This document shows positions 28,058 through 37,653 of a DNA stretch of 64,000 nt, piece by piece (within the stretch, counting starts at the first letter, position 1; each line of letters opens with the position of its first letter). Origin of the DNA: an uncultured bacterium (GTDB lineage: Bacteria > Verrucomicrobiota > Kiritimatiellia > RFP12 > UBA1067); contig CACZHC010000042.1 of the NCBI GenBank assembly GCA_902780865.1, positions 279 through 64,278 on the forward strand, written 5' to 3'. A program made the position numbers and the translations under genes. The notes under the pieces are model-generated. The model saw nothing but the letters and a program-made list of their open reading frames with translations. It was not told the origin of the DNA and did no database searches.

Positions 28058-29512
28058 ATGAACGAAAATCAAACTTCAAGGATGTCCAATTTTCGCTGGG
28101 CCATCTGTGCGTTGCTGTTTTTTGCAACTACCGTAAACTACCTCGACCGTCAGGTCCTGTCACTCACGTGGAAGGACTTCATCTCGCCCGAGTTCAACTG
28201 GACCGACAACGACTACGGCACGATCACGGCGGTGTTTTCGATCATATACGCCTTGTGCAACCTCTTCGCCGGCAAGTTCATCGACAAGCTCGGGACGAAG
28301 AAGGGGTATCTCTGGGCGATCTTCATCTGGTCGCTCGGTGCGTGCCTCCATGCGGCGTGCGGCGTCGGCACTTCCGCGCTCAAGGCCGCCGGCTTTGTCG
28401 CCATGATGGGCATCACGGCGTCCGTGTGGCTCTTCCTCGCGTGCCGCGCTGTGCTCGCACTCGGCGAAGCGGGCAACTTCCCTGCGGCGATCAAGGTGAC
28501 GGCGGAGTACTTCCCGAAGAAAGACCGCGCGTTCGCGACCTCGATCTTCAACTCCGGCTCTTCCGTCGGCGCACTCGCCGCGCCTCTCACGATTCCGATT
28601 ATCGCGAAGTTCTGGGGCTGGGAGATGGCGTTTATCGTCATCGGCGCCCTTGGCTTTGTGTGGATGGGCTTCTGGATTTGGCTCTACAAGAAACCCGCCG
28701 AGAACCCGCGCGTCACGGCAGAGGAGCTCAAGTACATCGAGTCGGACGATGCAACGGACGGGGCCTCGGGCGGCCCCGCACCCTCGCCCGAGGAAAAGAA
28801 AATCTCTTATGGCAAGGCGTTTTCGCTTCGCCAGACGTGGTCGCTCGTCTTCGGCCGATTCCTCACCGACGGCGTGTGGTGGTTCTTCCTCTTCTGGACC
28901 CCTGGGTACTTCTCCGACCAGTTCGGCTACAAGAGCGACACCCTTGCGGGCATGGCGCTGATCTTCTCCCTCTACGCGATCGTCACTTTCGTCTCGATAG
29001 GGCTCTGCAAGATTCCGACGTACATGGTCGACAAGCGCGGCATGAACGCCTACGAGGGTCGCATGGTCGCGATGTTCATCTTCGCGTGCTTCCCGCTTCT
29101 CGCGCTCGGCGCACAGCCCCTCGGTGTGTTCGGCAGCTCCCTCGCGGTCAACGCTCAGAAATTCCTCGCCGCCATGGGTGTTGCGATCTTGATCGGCCTC
29201 GCTTGCGCTGGTCACCAGGCGTGGAGCGCGAACGTCTACTCCGTCGTCGGCGACATGTTCCCGAAGTCGACGATCGGTACCTTGACCGGCATCGCGCAGT
29301 TCGCGGCGGGCTGCGGCAGCTTCATGGTGAACAAGTGCGCGGGCAAGCTCTTTACATACGCGGCGGAACAGGGCGATGCGTTCGCGTTCTGCGGCTACAC
29401 CGGCAAGCCCGCCGGATACATGATTCTCTTTAGCTATTGCGCCGTCGCCTACATTGTCGGCTGGTGCTTTATGAAGGGCCTCGTGCCGCACTACAAGAAG
29501 GTTGAGCTGTAA
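28058..29512 (+). CDS. MFS transporter, hexuronate/sugar-acid (ExuT-like) type
   Basis: 484 aa, 12 TM-like segments, N terminus FRWAICALLFFATTVNYLDRQVLS typical of the anion:cation symporter branch. Confidence 0.85.
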   Translation: MNENQTSRMSNFRWAICALLFFATTVNYLDRQVLSLTWKDFISPEFNWTDNDYGTITAVFSIIYALCNLFAGKFIDKLGTKKGYLWAIFIWSLGACLHAACGVGTSALKAAGFVAMMGITASVWLFLACRAVLALGEAGNFPAAIKVTAEYFPKKDRAFATSIFNSGSSVGALAAPLTIPIIAKFWGWEMAFIVIGALGFVWMGFWIWLYKKPAENPRVTAEELKYIESDDATDGASGGPAPSPEEKKISYGKAFSLRQTWSLVFGRFLTDGVWWFFLFWTPGYFSDQFGYKSDTLAGMALIFSLYAIVTFVSIGLCKIPTYMVDKRGMNAYEGRMVAMFIFACFPLLALGAQPLGVFGSSLAVNAQKFLAAMGVAILIGLACAGHQAWSANVYSVVGDMFPKSTIGTLTGIAQFAAGCGSFMVNKCAGKLFTYAAEQGDAFAFCGYTGKPAGYMILFSYCAVAYIVGWCFMKGLVPHYKKVEL

Positions 29513-29522
29513 AGGAGAGAGC

Positions 29523-30596
29523 ATGAAAGTCAAGAAAAACGCAAAATACGCCGTGGCATGCGTGTCTTCCATGGGGCTTCGCATAACCCCCGAAAACCGC
29601 ATGGCGGTCCACAACTCGAATCGTTTCTACCTTCAGGCGACGAGTGCCGAGACGAATGTCCTCAACGTGACCAGCTCCCTCGGGCGCGAATGCCTTGTGC
29701 TGACGCGTTTCGTCGAGGGTTCGCCGATGGCGGCGTTCATCAAGGCGCAGCTGCGCTCGCGCAACATCGCGTACGTCGGGCCCGACGTGCCGCAGGGCGG
29801 GCCGTGGGGCTTCCGCCACCAGTTCAACATCGCAGACTCCGGCTTTGGTCTCCGTGCGCCTCGCGTCTGGAACGACCGCGCCGGTGAAGTCGGCCGCACG
29901 CTTGACGCGAAGGACTACGACACGAAGAAGCTCTTCGGCAAGGACGGGGTTCAGGTTCTGCACCTCTCCGGCCTCATCGCCGCGATGTCGCCCGAGACGA
30001 CGAAGTGCTGCCTCAAGCTCGCCGCCGAAGCGAAGAAATACGGCGTACTGGTTAGCTTCGACCTCAACTACCGCGCGACGTTCTGGAAGGGTCGCGAGGC
30101 GGAACTTTCCAAGGCGTTCCACAAGATCGCTTCGGTCGCCGACATCCTCGTCGGAAACGAGGAGGACTTCCAGCTCTGCCTGGGATTCAAAGGTCCTGAG
30201 GCCGGCGGCAAGGACCTCAAGGGCAAGATCGACCGTTTCAAGGAGATGATACTCCAGGTGACGAAGAAGTATCCGAACGCGAAGATGTACGGCACGACGC
30301 TTCGCCAGGTCGTTGCGGCTGACGAGCACCTTTGGGGCGCGATCGTCTACGCCGGCGGAAGGTTCTACGTCGAGGAGCCGCGCACGATCCAGGTGCTGGA
30401 CCGCATCGGCGGCGGCGACGGCTTCACGGGCGGGCTCCTCTACGGCGTCGTCAACGGCTGGAGCGCCGAGAAGTGCCTCCAGTTCGGCTGGGCGTCCGGC
30501 GTGATGGCGGCGAGCTCGCTGAACGACTATGCGGAACCTGCAGACGAGAAGCAGGTGTGGGATGTGTACGCGGGGAACGCGCGCGTCCAGCGCTGA
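29523..30596 (+). CDS. PfkB-family sugar kinase (2-keto-3-deoxygluconate kinase-like)
   Basis: SD aaaggagagag plus ATG at 29523. C-terminal DRIGGGDGFTGGLLYG motif of ribokinase-like kinases. Confidence 0.8.
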   Translation: MKVKKNAKYAVACVSSMGLRITPENRMAVHNSNRFYLQATSAETNVLNVTSSLGRECLVLTRFVEGSPMAAFIKAQLRSRNIAYVGPDVPQGGPWGFRHQFNIADSGFGLRAPRVWNDRAGEVGRTLDAKDYDTKKLFGKDGVQVLHLSGLIAAMSPETTKCCLKLAAEAKKYGVLVSFDLNYRATFWKGREAELSKAFHKIASVADILVGNEEDFQLCLGFKGPEAGGKDLKGKIDRFKEMILQVTKKYPNAKMYGTTLRQVVAADEHLWGAIVYAGGRFYVEEPRTIQVLDRIGGGDGFTGGLLYGVVNGWSAEKCLQFGWASGVMAASSLNDYAEPADEKQVWDVYAGNARVQR

Positions 30597-30617
30597 CAAT
30601 ACAAGGCAAGGAAAAAC

Positions 30618-32069
30618 ATGAAAAAAGCAGACATTGGTTTGATCGGGCTCGCCGTCATGGGTGAGAACCTCATCATGAACATGGAGTCGAAGGGCTTCAC
30701 GGTTGCATGCTTCAACCGCACCGTGGAGAAGGTCGACAACTTCGTGAACGGACGCGCGAAGGGCAAGAACATCATCGGCTGCCATTCCATCCAGGAACTC
30801 GCCGACAGTCTGGAGAAGCCGCGCAAGGTGTTCTGCATGGTCAAGGCCGGTGCCGCGGTTGACGCGATGATCGAGCAGCTGCTCGGCGTCTTGGAGCCTG
30901 GCGACATCATCATCGACGGCGGCAACAGCCACTTCCCCGACACGATCCGGCGCACCAAATACGTCGAGTCGAAGGGCCTTCTCTACGTCGGCACGGGGGT
31001 TTCCGGCGGCGAGGAAGGCGCACTTAAGGGGCCTTCGTTGATGCCGGGCGGCTCGCCTGCGGCGTGGCCGTTCGTCAAGCCGATCTTCCAGGGGATCTGC
31101 GCAAAGGTCGAGGACGGCTCACCGTGCTGCGACTGGGTCGGGGAGAACGGAGCCGGACACTTCGTCAAGATGGTGCACAACGGCATCGAGTACGGCGACA
31201 TGCAGCTCATCTGCGAGAGCTACCAGCTCATGCGCGACCTCCTCGGGATGTCCGACGACGAGATGCACGAGGTCTTCAAGAAGTGGAACACCACCGAGCT
31301 TGACTCGTATCTCATCGAGATTACGCGCGACATCCTCGCGTTCAAGGACGAAGACGGCTCGCCGATCGTCGAGAAGATCCTCGACACGGCGGGGCAGAAG
31401 GGCACGGGCAAGTGGACGGGCATCGCGGCGCTTGACGAGGGCGTGCCGCTCACGCTCATCGGCGAGGCCGTGTTCGCGCGTTGCCTGTCGGCGATGAAGG
31501 CCGACCGCGTGGAGGCCGCCAAGGCGTACGGCCGCAAGATTCCGGCGTTCACCGGCGACAAGGCGGAGTTCGTAGATGCCATACGCCAGGCTCTCTACGC
31601 CTCGAAGATCGTGTCCTACGCACAGGGCTACACGCTCATGCGCACTGCGGCGAAGACGTACGGATGGAACCTCAACTACGGCGGCATCGCGCTCATGTGG
31701 CGCGGCGGCTGCATCATACGCTCGGTCTTCCTTGGCAAGATCAAGGAGGCGTACGACAAGAACCCGCAGCTTTCGAACCTGCTTCTGGACCCGTACTTCA
31801 AGGGGACGGTGGAAAAGCTCGTCCCGGCGTGGCGCAAGGTCGCGTCCGCGGCGCTCCAGTACGGCATTCCGGCGCCGACCATGACTTCGGCGCTTAGCTA
31901 CTTCGACGGCTACACGACCGAGCGCCTTCCGGCGAACCTCCTGCAGGCGCAGCGCGACTACTTCGGCGCACACACGTACGAGCGCCTCGACAAGCCGCGC
32001 GGCGAGTTCTTCCACACAAACTGGACGGGACATGGCGGCAGCACTTCTGCCGCAACCTACAATGCATAA
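30618..32069 (+). CDS. gnd: 6-phosphogluconate dehydrogenase, decarboxylating
   Basis: MKKADIGLIGLAVMGENL..GAGHFVKMVHNGIEYGDMQLI; full-length 483 aa. Confidence 0.95.
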   Translation: MKKADIGLIGLAVMGENLIMNMESKGFTVACFNRTVEKVDNFVNGRAKGKNIIGCHSIQELADSLEKPRKVFCMVKAGAAVDAMIEQLLGVLEPGDIIIDGGNSHFPDTIRRTKYVESKGLLYVGTGVSGGEEGALKGPSLMPGGSPAAWPFVKPIFQGICAKVEDGSPCCDWVGENGAGHFVKMVHNGIEYGDMQLICESYQLMRDLLGMSDDEMHEVFKKWNTTELDSYLIEITRDILAFKDEDGSPIVEKILDTAGQKGTGKWTGIAALDEGVPLTLIGEAVFARCLSAMKADRVEAAKAYGRKIPAFTGDKAEFVDAIRQALYASKIVSYAQGYTLMRTAAKTYGWNLNYGGIALMWRGGCIIRSVFLGKIKEAYDKNPQLSNLLLDPYFKGTVEKLVPAWRKVASAALQYGIPAPTMTSALSYFDGYTTERLPANLLQAQRDYFGAHTYERLDKPRGEFFHTNWTGHGGSTSAATYNA

Positions 32070-32086
32070 GCGGGGTGGACGCAACG

Positions 32087-32962
32087 ATGAAAGGTTCTGA
32101 CGGCATGGGAGAGATACGCATCATCGCGCTCGACCTTGACGGCACGTTGCTCGATTCCGAGAAGAATCTGCCTGCCGCCAACCGCGCCGCGCTTGAACGC
32201 GCGGCGGCGGCCGGCATCCACGTCGTCCCCACGACGGGGAGGTTCTTCGGCATGATGCCGCAGGCCATACGCGACCTTCCGTTCGTCCGCTACGCGATAA
32301 CAATAAACGGGGCCCAGGTGTACGACCGCGAGACAGACTCGGCGATCGTGCGCGACGAGATACCCCTTGCGACGGCGCTTGAGGTAATGGAGATACTCGA
32401 CGGATGCGACGTTGTGTACGACTGCTACCGCGGCAACTGGGGGTGGATGACGGCGTCGCATCAGGACAGAGCCGAGGCGTACGCCACGAACGTCCACTAC
32501 CTCAAGATGGTGCGCGAGTTCCGCAATCCCGTCCCGGACCTCAAGACGCACCTCCGCAGCACTACTGCGGACGGAGACGTCCAGAAGATCATGCTGTTCG
32601 CGAGGAAGGACGATCCGGAAGCGGCGGCTGCGACGCTTGACGCCGTGAGGCGGGCCGTGGCTGGGCGCTTCCCGGAGATACGGGCTACGTCTTCGACGTG
32701 GAACAACATCGAGCTGAACATAGCCTCCGCCCACAAGGGCAATGCGCTCAGGCGTTTTGCGCAGCATCTTGGGCTCGGGCTCGAGAACTGCATGGCGTTC
32801 GGCGACGGCATGAACGACTTTACGATGGTGGAGGCGGCGGGCCTTGGAGTGGCGATGGAGAACGCCGATCCCGAGGTGAAGCGCGTCGCCAAGTACGTTG
32901 CGCCGTCGAACGACGACTGCGGCGTGGCGAAGGGAATCGAAAAATGGATATTTTCAAGATAG
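32087..32962 (+). CDS. Cof-type HAD-IIB phosphatase
   Basis: IIALDLDGTLL and GDGMND motifs. Start uncertain (GTG 32075, ATG 32087 or ATG 32105). Confidence 0.85.
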   Translation: MKGSDGMGEIRIIALDLDGTLLDSEKNLPAANRAALERAAAAGIHVVPTTGRFFGMMPQAIRDLPFVRYAITINGAQVYDRETDSAIVRDEIPLATALEVMEILDGCDVVYDCYRGNWGWMTASHQDRAEAYATNVHYLKMVREFRNPVPDLKTHLRSTTADGDVQKIMLFARKDDPEAAAATLDAVRRAVAGRFPEIRATSSTWNNIELNIASAHKGNALRRFAQHLGLGLENCMAFGDGMNDFTMVEAAGLGVAMENADPEVKRVAKYVAPSNDDCGVAKGIEKWIFSR

Positions 32963-34248
32963 CCGAAGAGGGAAGCGTCATTTCCGACGAGGAGATTGCG
33001 AAGCTGCTGGAACAGGCGCTCCGCGACTGGGAGTCGCGCAGGGGCGCGGTGAAGAACGCGCTCGTCATTCCGCCGGACTTCACGCGCTTCCACTCCAACG
33101 CCGGCTTCATAACTCAGGTGTTCTACCGGCTTCTGACGGCGAAAGGCGCGAACGTCGACGTCCTTCCGGCGCTCGGCACGCACGTGCCGGTGTCGGAGTC
33201 GCAGTGGAAGACGATGTTCGGCGACATCCCGTACGGGAAGATGCTCGTCCACAACTGGCGCACCGACGTAGTCCGCCTCGGCGAAGTGCCTGCGGCGGAG
33301 GTCGAGCGCATTTCCGAGGGACTTTGGAAGGATCCGGTGTCAGTCGAGGTCAACCGCAGGCTGATGGACGACAAGTACGACTTGATCGTCTCGCCTGGGC
33401 AGGTCGTCCCGCACGAGGTGATCGGAATGGCCAACCACGCGAAGAACATCTTCGTCGGCATAGGCGGCAGCGACATGATAAACAAGTCGCACATGATAGG
33501 CGCCGTGTGCGGGATGGAGAAGGCGATGGGACGCGACCACACGCCGGTCAGGCAGCTGTTCGACTATGCGTTCGACCACTATGTCTCGCACCGCCCGATT
33601 CTCTGGGTGCTGACCGTCAACACCGCCCCCGGCGGCAGGATCGCGAGCCACGGCCTCTTCATCGGCGAGGGGCGCAACTGCCTCACCGAGGCGGTGAAGC
33701 TCGCGCAGCAGCGCAACATCGACTACGTGGAGCACGGCCTGCGGAAGTGCGTCGTGTACCTCGACCCGTCCGAGTTTTCGTCTACCTGGCTTGGAAACAA
33801 GGCGATCTACCGCACGCGCATGGCGATGGCCGACGGCGGAGAGCTGATAGTCCTCGCGCCGGGCGTGAAGCAGTTCGGGGAGGACAAGGCGGTCGACGGG
33901 CTCATCCGCAAGTACGGCTACCGCGGGCGGCTCCACACGCTCGAGGTGTTCAAGCGCCCGGATGCTGACGACCTGCGCGCGAACATGGGCGCGGCCGCGC
34001 ACCTTATCCACGGCTCGTCCGACGGCCGCTTTTCGATTACCTACTGCGTGAGGGAAATATCACGCGAGGAAGTGGAAGGTGTCGGCTTCAAGGCCGCCTC
34101 GTACGACGAGATGTCCGCCAAGTACGATCCGACGAAGCTGAAGTATGGCTACAACGTAGTGGACGGGGAGGAAATCTACTTCATCCCGAACCCTGCGCTC
34201 GGACTTTGGATCAACAGGGAGAAGTTCAATGAGCAGAAAGGAGCATGA
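32944..34248 (+). CDS. LarA-like (DUF2088) nickel-pincer-dependent racemase/epimerase family protein
   Basis: ATG at 32944 (MDIFKIAEEG) follows the Arg-rich read-through part of ORF 32698. ~434 aa with a GQVVPHEVIGMANHAK..GIGG core. Assignment from memory of the family. Confidence 0.6.
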   Translation: MDIFKIAEEGSVISDEEIAKLLEQALRDWESRRGAVKNALVIPPDFTRFHSNAGFITQVFYRLLTAKGANVDVLPALGTHVPVSESQWKTMFGDIPYGKMLVHNWRTDVVRLGEVPAAEVERISEGLWKDPVSVEVNRRLMDDKYDLIVSPGQVVPHEVIGMANHAKNIFVGIGGSDMINKSHMIGAVCGMEKAMGRDHTPVRQLFDYAFDHYVSHRPILWVLTVNTAPGGRIASHGLFIGEGRNCLTEAVKLAQQRNIDYVEHGLRKCVVYLDPSEFSSTWLGNKAIYRTRMAMADGGELIVLAPGVKQFGEDKAVDGLIRKYGYRGRLHTLEVFKRPDADDLRANMGAAAHLIHGSSDGRFSITYCVREISREEVEGVGFKAASYDEMSAKYDPTKLKYGYNVVDGEEIYFIPNPALGLWINREKFNEQKGA

Positions 34249-34252
34249 GACA

Positions 34253-35566
34253 ATGAGGAGCATACTGTTCTTTGCCTTTGCCGCGCTGTTTGCGGCACCG
34301 GCTATTTCCGCCGCGCGCCCGGTCGCGCATTGGGACGTCATACCATGCCAGCGCCTCAAGGAGCCGTTCAAGGCGGGCGTAGTCGCGTTCTACGACAAGC
34401 CGTTCTACGTCGAGTTCACCGTAAACGGCAAGAAGGCCGCGAAGGTGACCGAGCCCACCATGAACGACAGGACAAAGGTCGTCGAGCACTGGTTCACGAT
34501 CGATCCTGCGTCGTTCGATCCCTCGAAGTTAAAGGACTACAAATTAGTCGTCGGTGCGAAGGCGGTTGCCGAGGACGGCACGAGCCACAAGCTCCCCGAC
34601 TTGCTGCTTTACTGGGACAAAAACGACAACCTCGGCTCGAAGAAAGTCGTCTGGATCGACCAGGCCGATGGAATCGACTACAACGACGGTTCCAAGGAGG
34701 CGCCTGTCAAGACGCTTAAGCAGGCGGTCAAGAGAGCTGGCGACGGCGGAACGGTATACCTCGCGAAGCCGGGCGTCTACACGGCCGAGCGCATTGGCGG
34801 CGGCAACGACCGCAAGTACTGGACGACTATCATGCCGGCACCTGGGCTCGCGCGCAAGGACGTCCGCATAAAGGGCGGGCGTACGGGTTGCGACAAGCTC
34901 AGGTTCAAGGACGTGAACGTATTCTGTGACTGCGAGGGTGGTCAGGGATATGCGCTCGCTGGTGTAGACGGAAACTCGAGCTGCTGGCTTGATGACTGCA
35001 TTGTCCGCAACAAGGGAGGCCGCTCTGTCGCACGCACGTTCGTTTTCGGCAACAAGCTCGTCGGCTACGTGACGGGCGGCGCGACTACCGAGATGGCGAA
35101 CGGCCCGTGCTGCAAGCTCGTCCGCAACCACATCATCAAGTCGATTTCTGCAGACGCGTTTACCGCCGACGACTGCCTTGCCATCAACTGCAAGGTGATC
35201 GACGTCGAGTCGTCAGGCGTCGTCGATGAGCCGGCGTTCCACCGCTCGCAGGGCCTGGGCGGCGCGTGGGTGCACGACGTGATTCTCGCGAACATCACTG
35301 CGACCGACTGCGGCTGCAACGGCTTCATCGGGCTCAAGCTCCGCGACTCGGTGTTCTCGAACATTACTCTCGAGACGACCGGGCCCGAGCGCCGCTTCGT
35401 GTCCCGCTACGCGTGGGAGATGGAGAACGTCTGGTTCGACCGCGTGAAGGTAACGGGTCAGGAATGGGTCTGGTTCAAGGCAGAGAACCACAACGGCGAC
35501 TTCACGCCGACGGACGTCCGCGTGACAGACTGCTCGTTCGAGCTGCCCAAGCCAGAGGAGGAGTGA
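34253..35566 (+). CDS. secreted right-handed beta-helix (pectate-lyase-fold-like) protein
   Basis: SD aaaggag plus ATG at 34253. Signal peptide MRSILFFAFAALFAAPAISA. Repetitive N/D/G-rich beta-helix-like turns. Confidence 0.6.
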   Translation: MRSILFFAFAALFAAPAISAARPVAHWDVIPCQRLKEPFKAGVVAFYDKPFYVEFTVNGKKAAKVTEPTMNDRTKVVEHWFTIDPASFDPSKLKDYKLVVGAKAVAEDGTSHKLPDLLLYWDKNDNLGSKKVVWIDQADGIDYNDGSKEAPVKTLKQAVKRAGDGGTVYLAKPGVYTAERIGGGNDRKYWTTIMPAPGLARKDVRIKGGRTGCDKLRFKDVNVFCDCEGGQGYALAGVDGNSSCWLDDCIVRNKGGRSVARTFVFGNKLVGYVTGGATTEMANGPCCKLVRNHIIKSISADAFTADDCLAINCKVIDVESSGVVDEPAFHRSQGLGGAWVHDVILANITATDCGCNGFIGLKLRDSVFSNITLETTGPERRFVSRYAWEMENVWFDRVKVTGQEWVWFKAENHNGDFTPTDVRVTDCSFELPKPEEE

Positions 35567-35656
35567 CGCACACTTCACGCGAACGGGTGGAACACGCGGA
35601 AATTCTACACGATCTACACGTTCTACACGGCTAAAAAAATTACAACTAACTCATAA

Positions 35657-36841
35657 GACAAGACAAAGGAGGACCTCGGCAAGATCGCGATCTCCCTCCA
35701 TTGCTGGCAGGGCGACGACGTCGGGGGCTTCGAGACTACGGGCGGAGCATCCGGCGGCATCGCGACGACCGGCAACTACCCCGGCAAGGCGAGGACGCCC
35801 GAGGAGCTCATGAAGGACCTCGAGTTCGCGCTCGCGCTGATCCCAGGGAAGCACCGCGTCAACCTGCACGCCTGTTACGGCATCCACAAGGGGCATATCG
35901 ACGACCGCGACAAGCTCACCGCAAAGAACTTCGAGCCGTGGGTGAAGTGGGCGAAGAAGACCGGCGTAAAGCTCGACTTCAACCCGACGTTCTTTTCCCA
36001 CAAGAACGTCAAGGACGGCCTCACGCTCTCCTCGCCCGACAAGAAGATCCGCAGCTTCTGGATCAAGCACGGCATCCAGTGCCTCAAGATCGCCGAGTAC
36101 TTCGCGAAGGAGCTCAAGAGCCCGTGCGGCATAAACTTTTGGATGCCCGACGGCTACAAGGACGAACCTTCCGACCGCCTCGGGCCGCGCCAGCGCATGG
36201 CCGACTCGCTTGACAAGATCTTCAAGTACAAGTACAACAAGAAGGCGGTGATTCCGTTCCTCGAATCGAAGCTCTTCGGCATCGGCGTCGAAAGCTACAC
36301 CGTCTGCTCGCACGAGTTCGTGATGGGCTACGCGATGAAGCAGAAGATCCTCGCGCTTCTCGACATGGGCCATTTCCATCTCTCCGAGTCGGTCGCCGAC
36401 AAGATCAGCTCGTTCCTCATGACGTTTGGCAAGGTCGCGTTCCACATCTCGCGCCCCGTGCGCTGGGATTCCGACCATGTCATCCGCCAGAACGACGACC
36501 TCCGCGCCTGTGCGCAGGAAATCGTCAAGATGGGCCCTGAGAACTTCATCATCGCGCTCGACTACTTCGACGCGTCCATCAACCGCGTCGCGGCGTGGGT
36601 GCTCGGCATGCGCAACATGCAGAAGGAGCTCCTCAAGGCGATGCTCGTTCCGTGGAAGGCGCTCAAGGCCGAGCAGGAGACCGGCAACTTCACGGCGCAG
36701 CTCGTCCTCCAGGAAGAGTACAAGAACTATCCAGTCGACGAGGTCTGGGCTGAGTTCTGCAGGCGCAACGGAGTCGTTGCAGACGAAGCGTGGTTCAAGC
36801 AGGTCGAGAAGTACGAGAAGGACGTTCTGCTCAAGCGGTAA
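35657..36841 (+). pseudogene. rhaA: L-rhamnose isomerase lacking about 20-25 N-terminal residues and any canonical start before 35810
   Basis: The frame opens after TAA 35654-35656 and reads DKTKEDLGKIAISLHCWQGDDVGGFE..GNYPGKARTPEEL, matching the RhaA region that follows its first helix. No ATG/GTG/TTG occurs until M at 35810. Confidence 0.7.
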
Positions 36842-36855
36842 CGCCTGGAGGTAAA

Positions 36856-37653
36856 TTGGGAAATTACCAGAATACACGGCACCACAAGGGCCCGCGCGAG
36901 CTGGTGACCGGCGGCGAGTGGATCTACGGGAGAAATCCCGTTGAGGAAGCTCTCGCCGCCGCTCGCCGCACCGCGTCCGAGATCATCTTGCCGCCCGCGT
37001 TCCCCGACGAGGACGACCAGATCGCGCGCATCCGCGCCGAGGCGCAGTCGCGGCGGCTGATGATCCGCACGATGGACCGCGACCAGCTAGACCGCCTGAC
37101 GCGCTTCGGCCACCACCAGGGTGTCGCGCTAAAGACGACGGGCTACCCGTATGTCGGCATCGAGGACATAGTCCGCGACGTCGAAGCGGACGAAAACGCC
37201 CTTGTCCTCGTCCTTGACCATCTCGAGGACCCGCAAAACGTCGGCGCGATTCTCCGCACGGCCGCGGCAGTCGGCGCGACAGGAGTCGTGATTCCCGAAG
37301 ACCGCGCGTGCGGCATCACGCCCGCGGCCGTCCGTGCTTCGGCTGGCGGCGCGGAGCACATAAAGGTCGCCCATGTCGTCAATCTGCCGCGTGCGATTGA
37401 AGAGCTAAAGGAGGCCGGGCTCTGGTTCACTGGGCTTGACTGGGGCGAGGACGCGAAGAACTACACGGACATCGACTTCAAGGGGCGCGTCGGTCTCGTC
37501 GTAGGCGCTGAGGGGAACGGCATCTCGCGTCTCGTGCGCGAGAAGTGCGACTTCATAGCGGTCCTCCCGATGCCCGGCGGCTTCGAGTCGCTGAACGCGG
37601 CGACGGCCGCATCTGTCGCCATGTACGAAATCCTAAGGCAGAGGGGTAAATGA
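36856..37653 (+). CDS. rlmB: 23S rRNA (guanosine-2'-O)-methyltransferase, TrmH/SpoU family
   Basis: GGAGG then TTG at 36856. LVLDHLEDPQNVGAILRTAAAVG and SLNAATAASVAMYE SpoU motifs. Confidence 0.85.
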   Translation: MGNYQNTRHHKGPRELVTGGEWIYGRNPVEEALAAARRTASEIILPPAFPDEDDQIARIRAEAQSRRLMIRTMDRDQLDRLTRFGHHQGVALKTTGYPYVGIEDIVRDVEADENALVLVLDHLEDPQNVGAILRTAAAVGATGVVIPEDRACGITPAAVRASAGGAEHIKVAHVVNLPRAIEELKEAGLWFTGLDWGEDAKNYTDIDFKGRVGLVVGAEGNGISRLVREKCDFIAVLPMPGGFESLNAATAASVAMYEILRQRGK

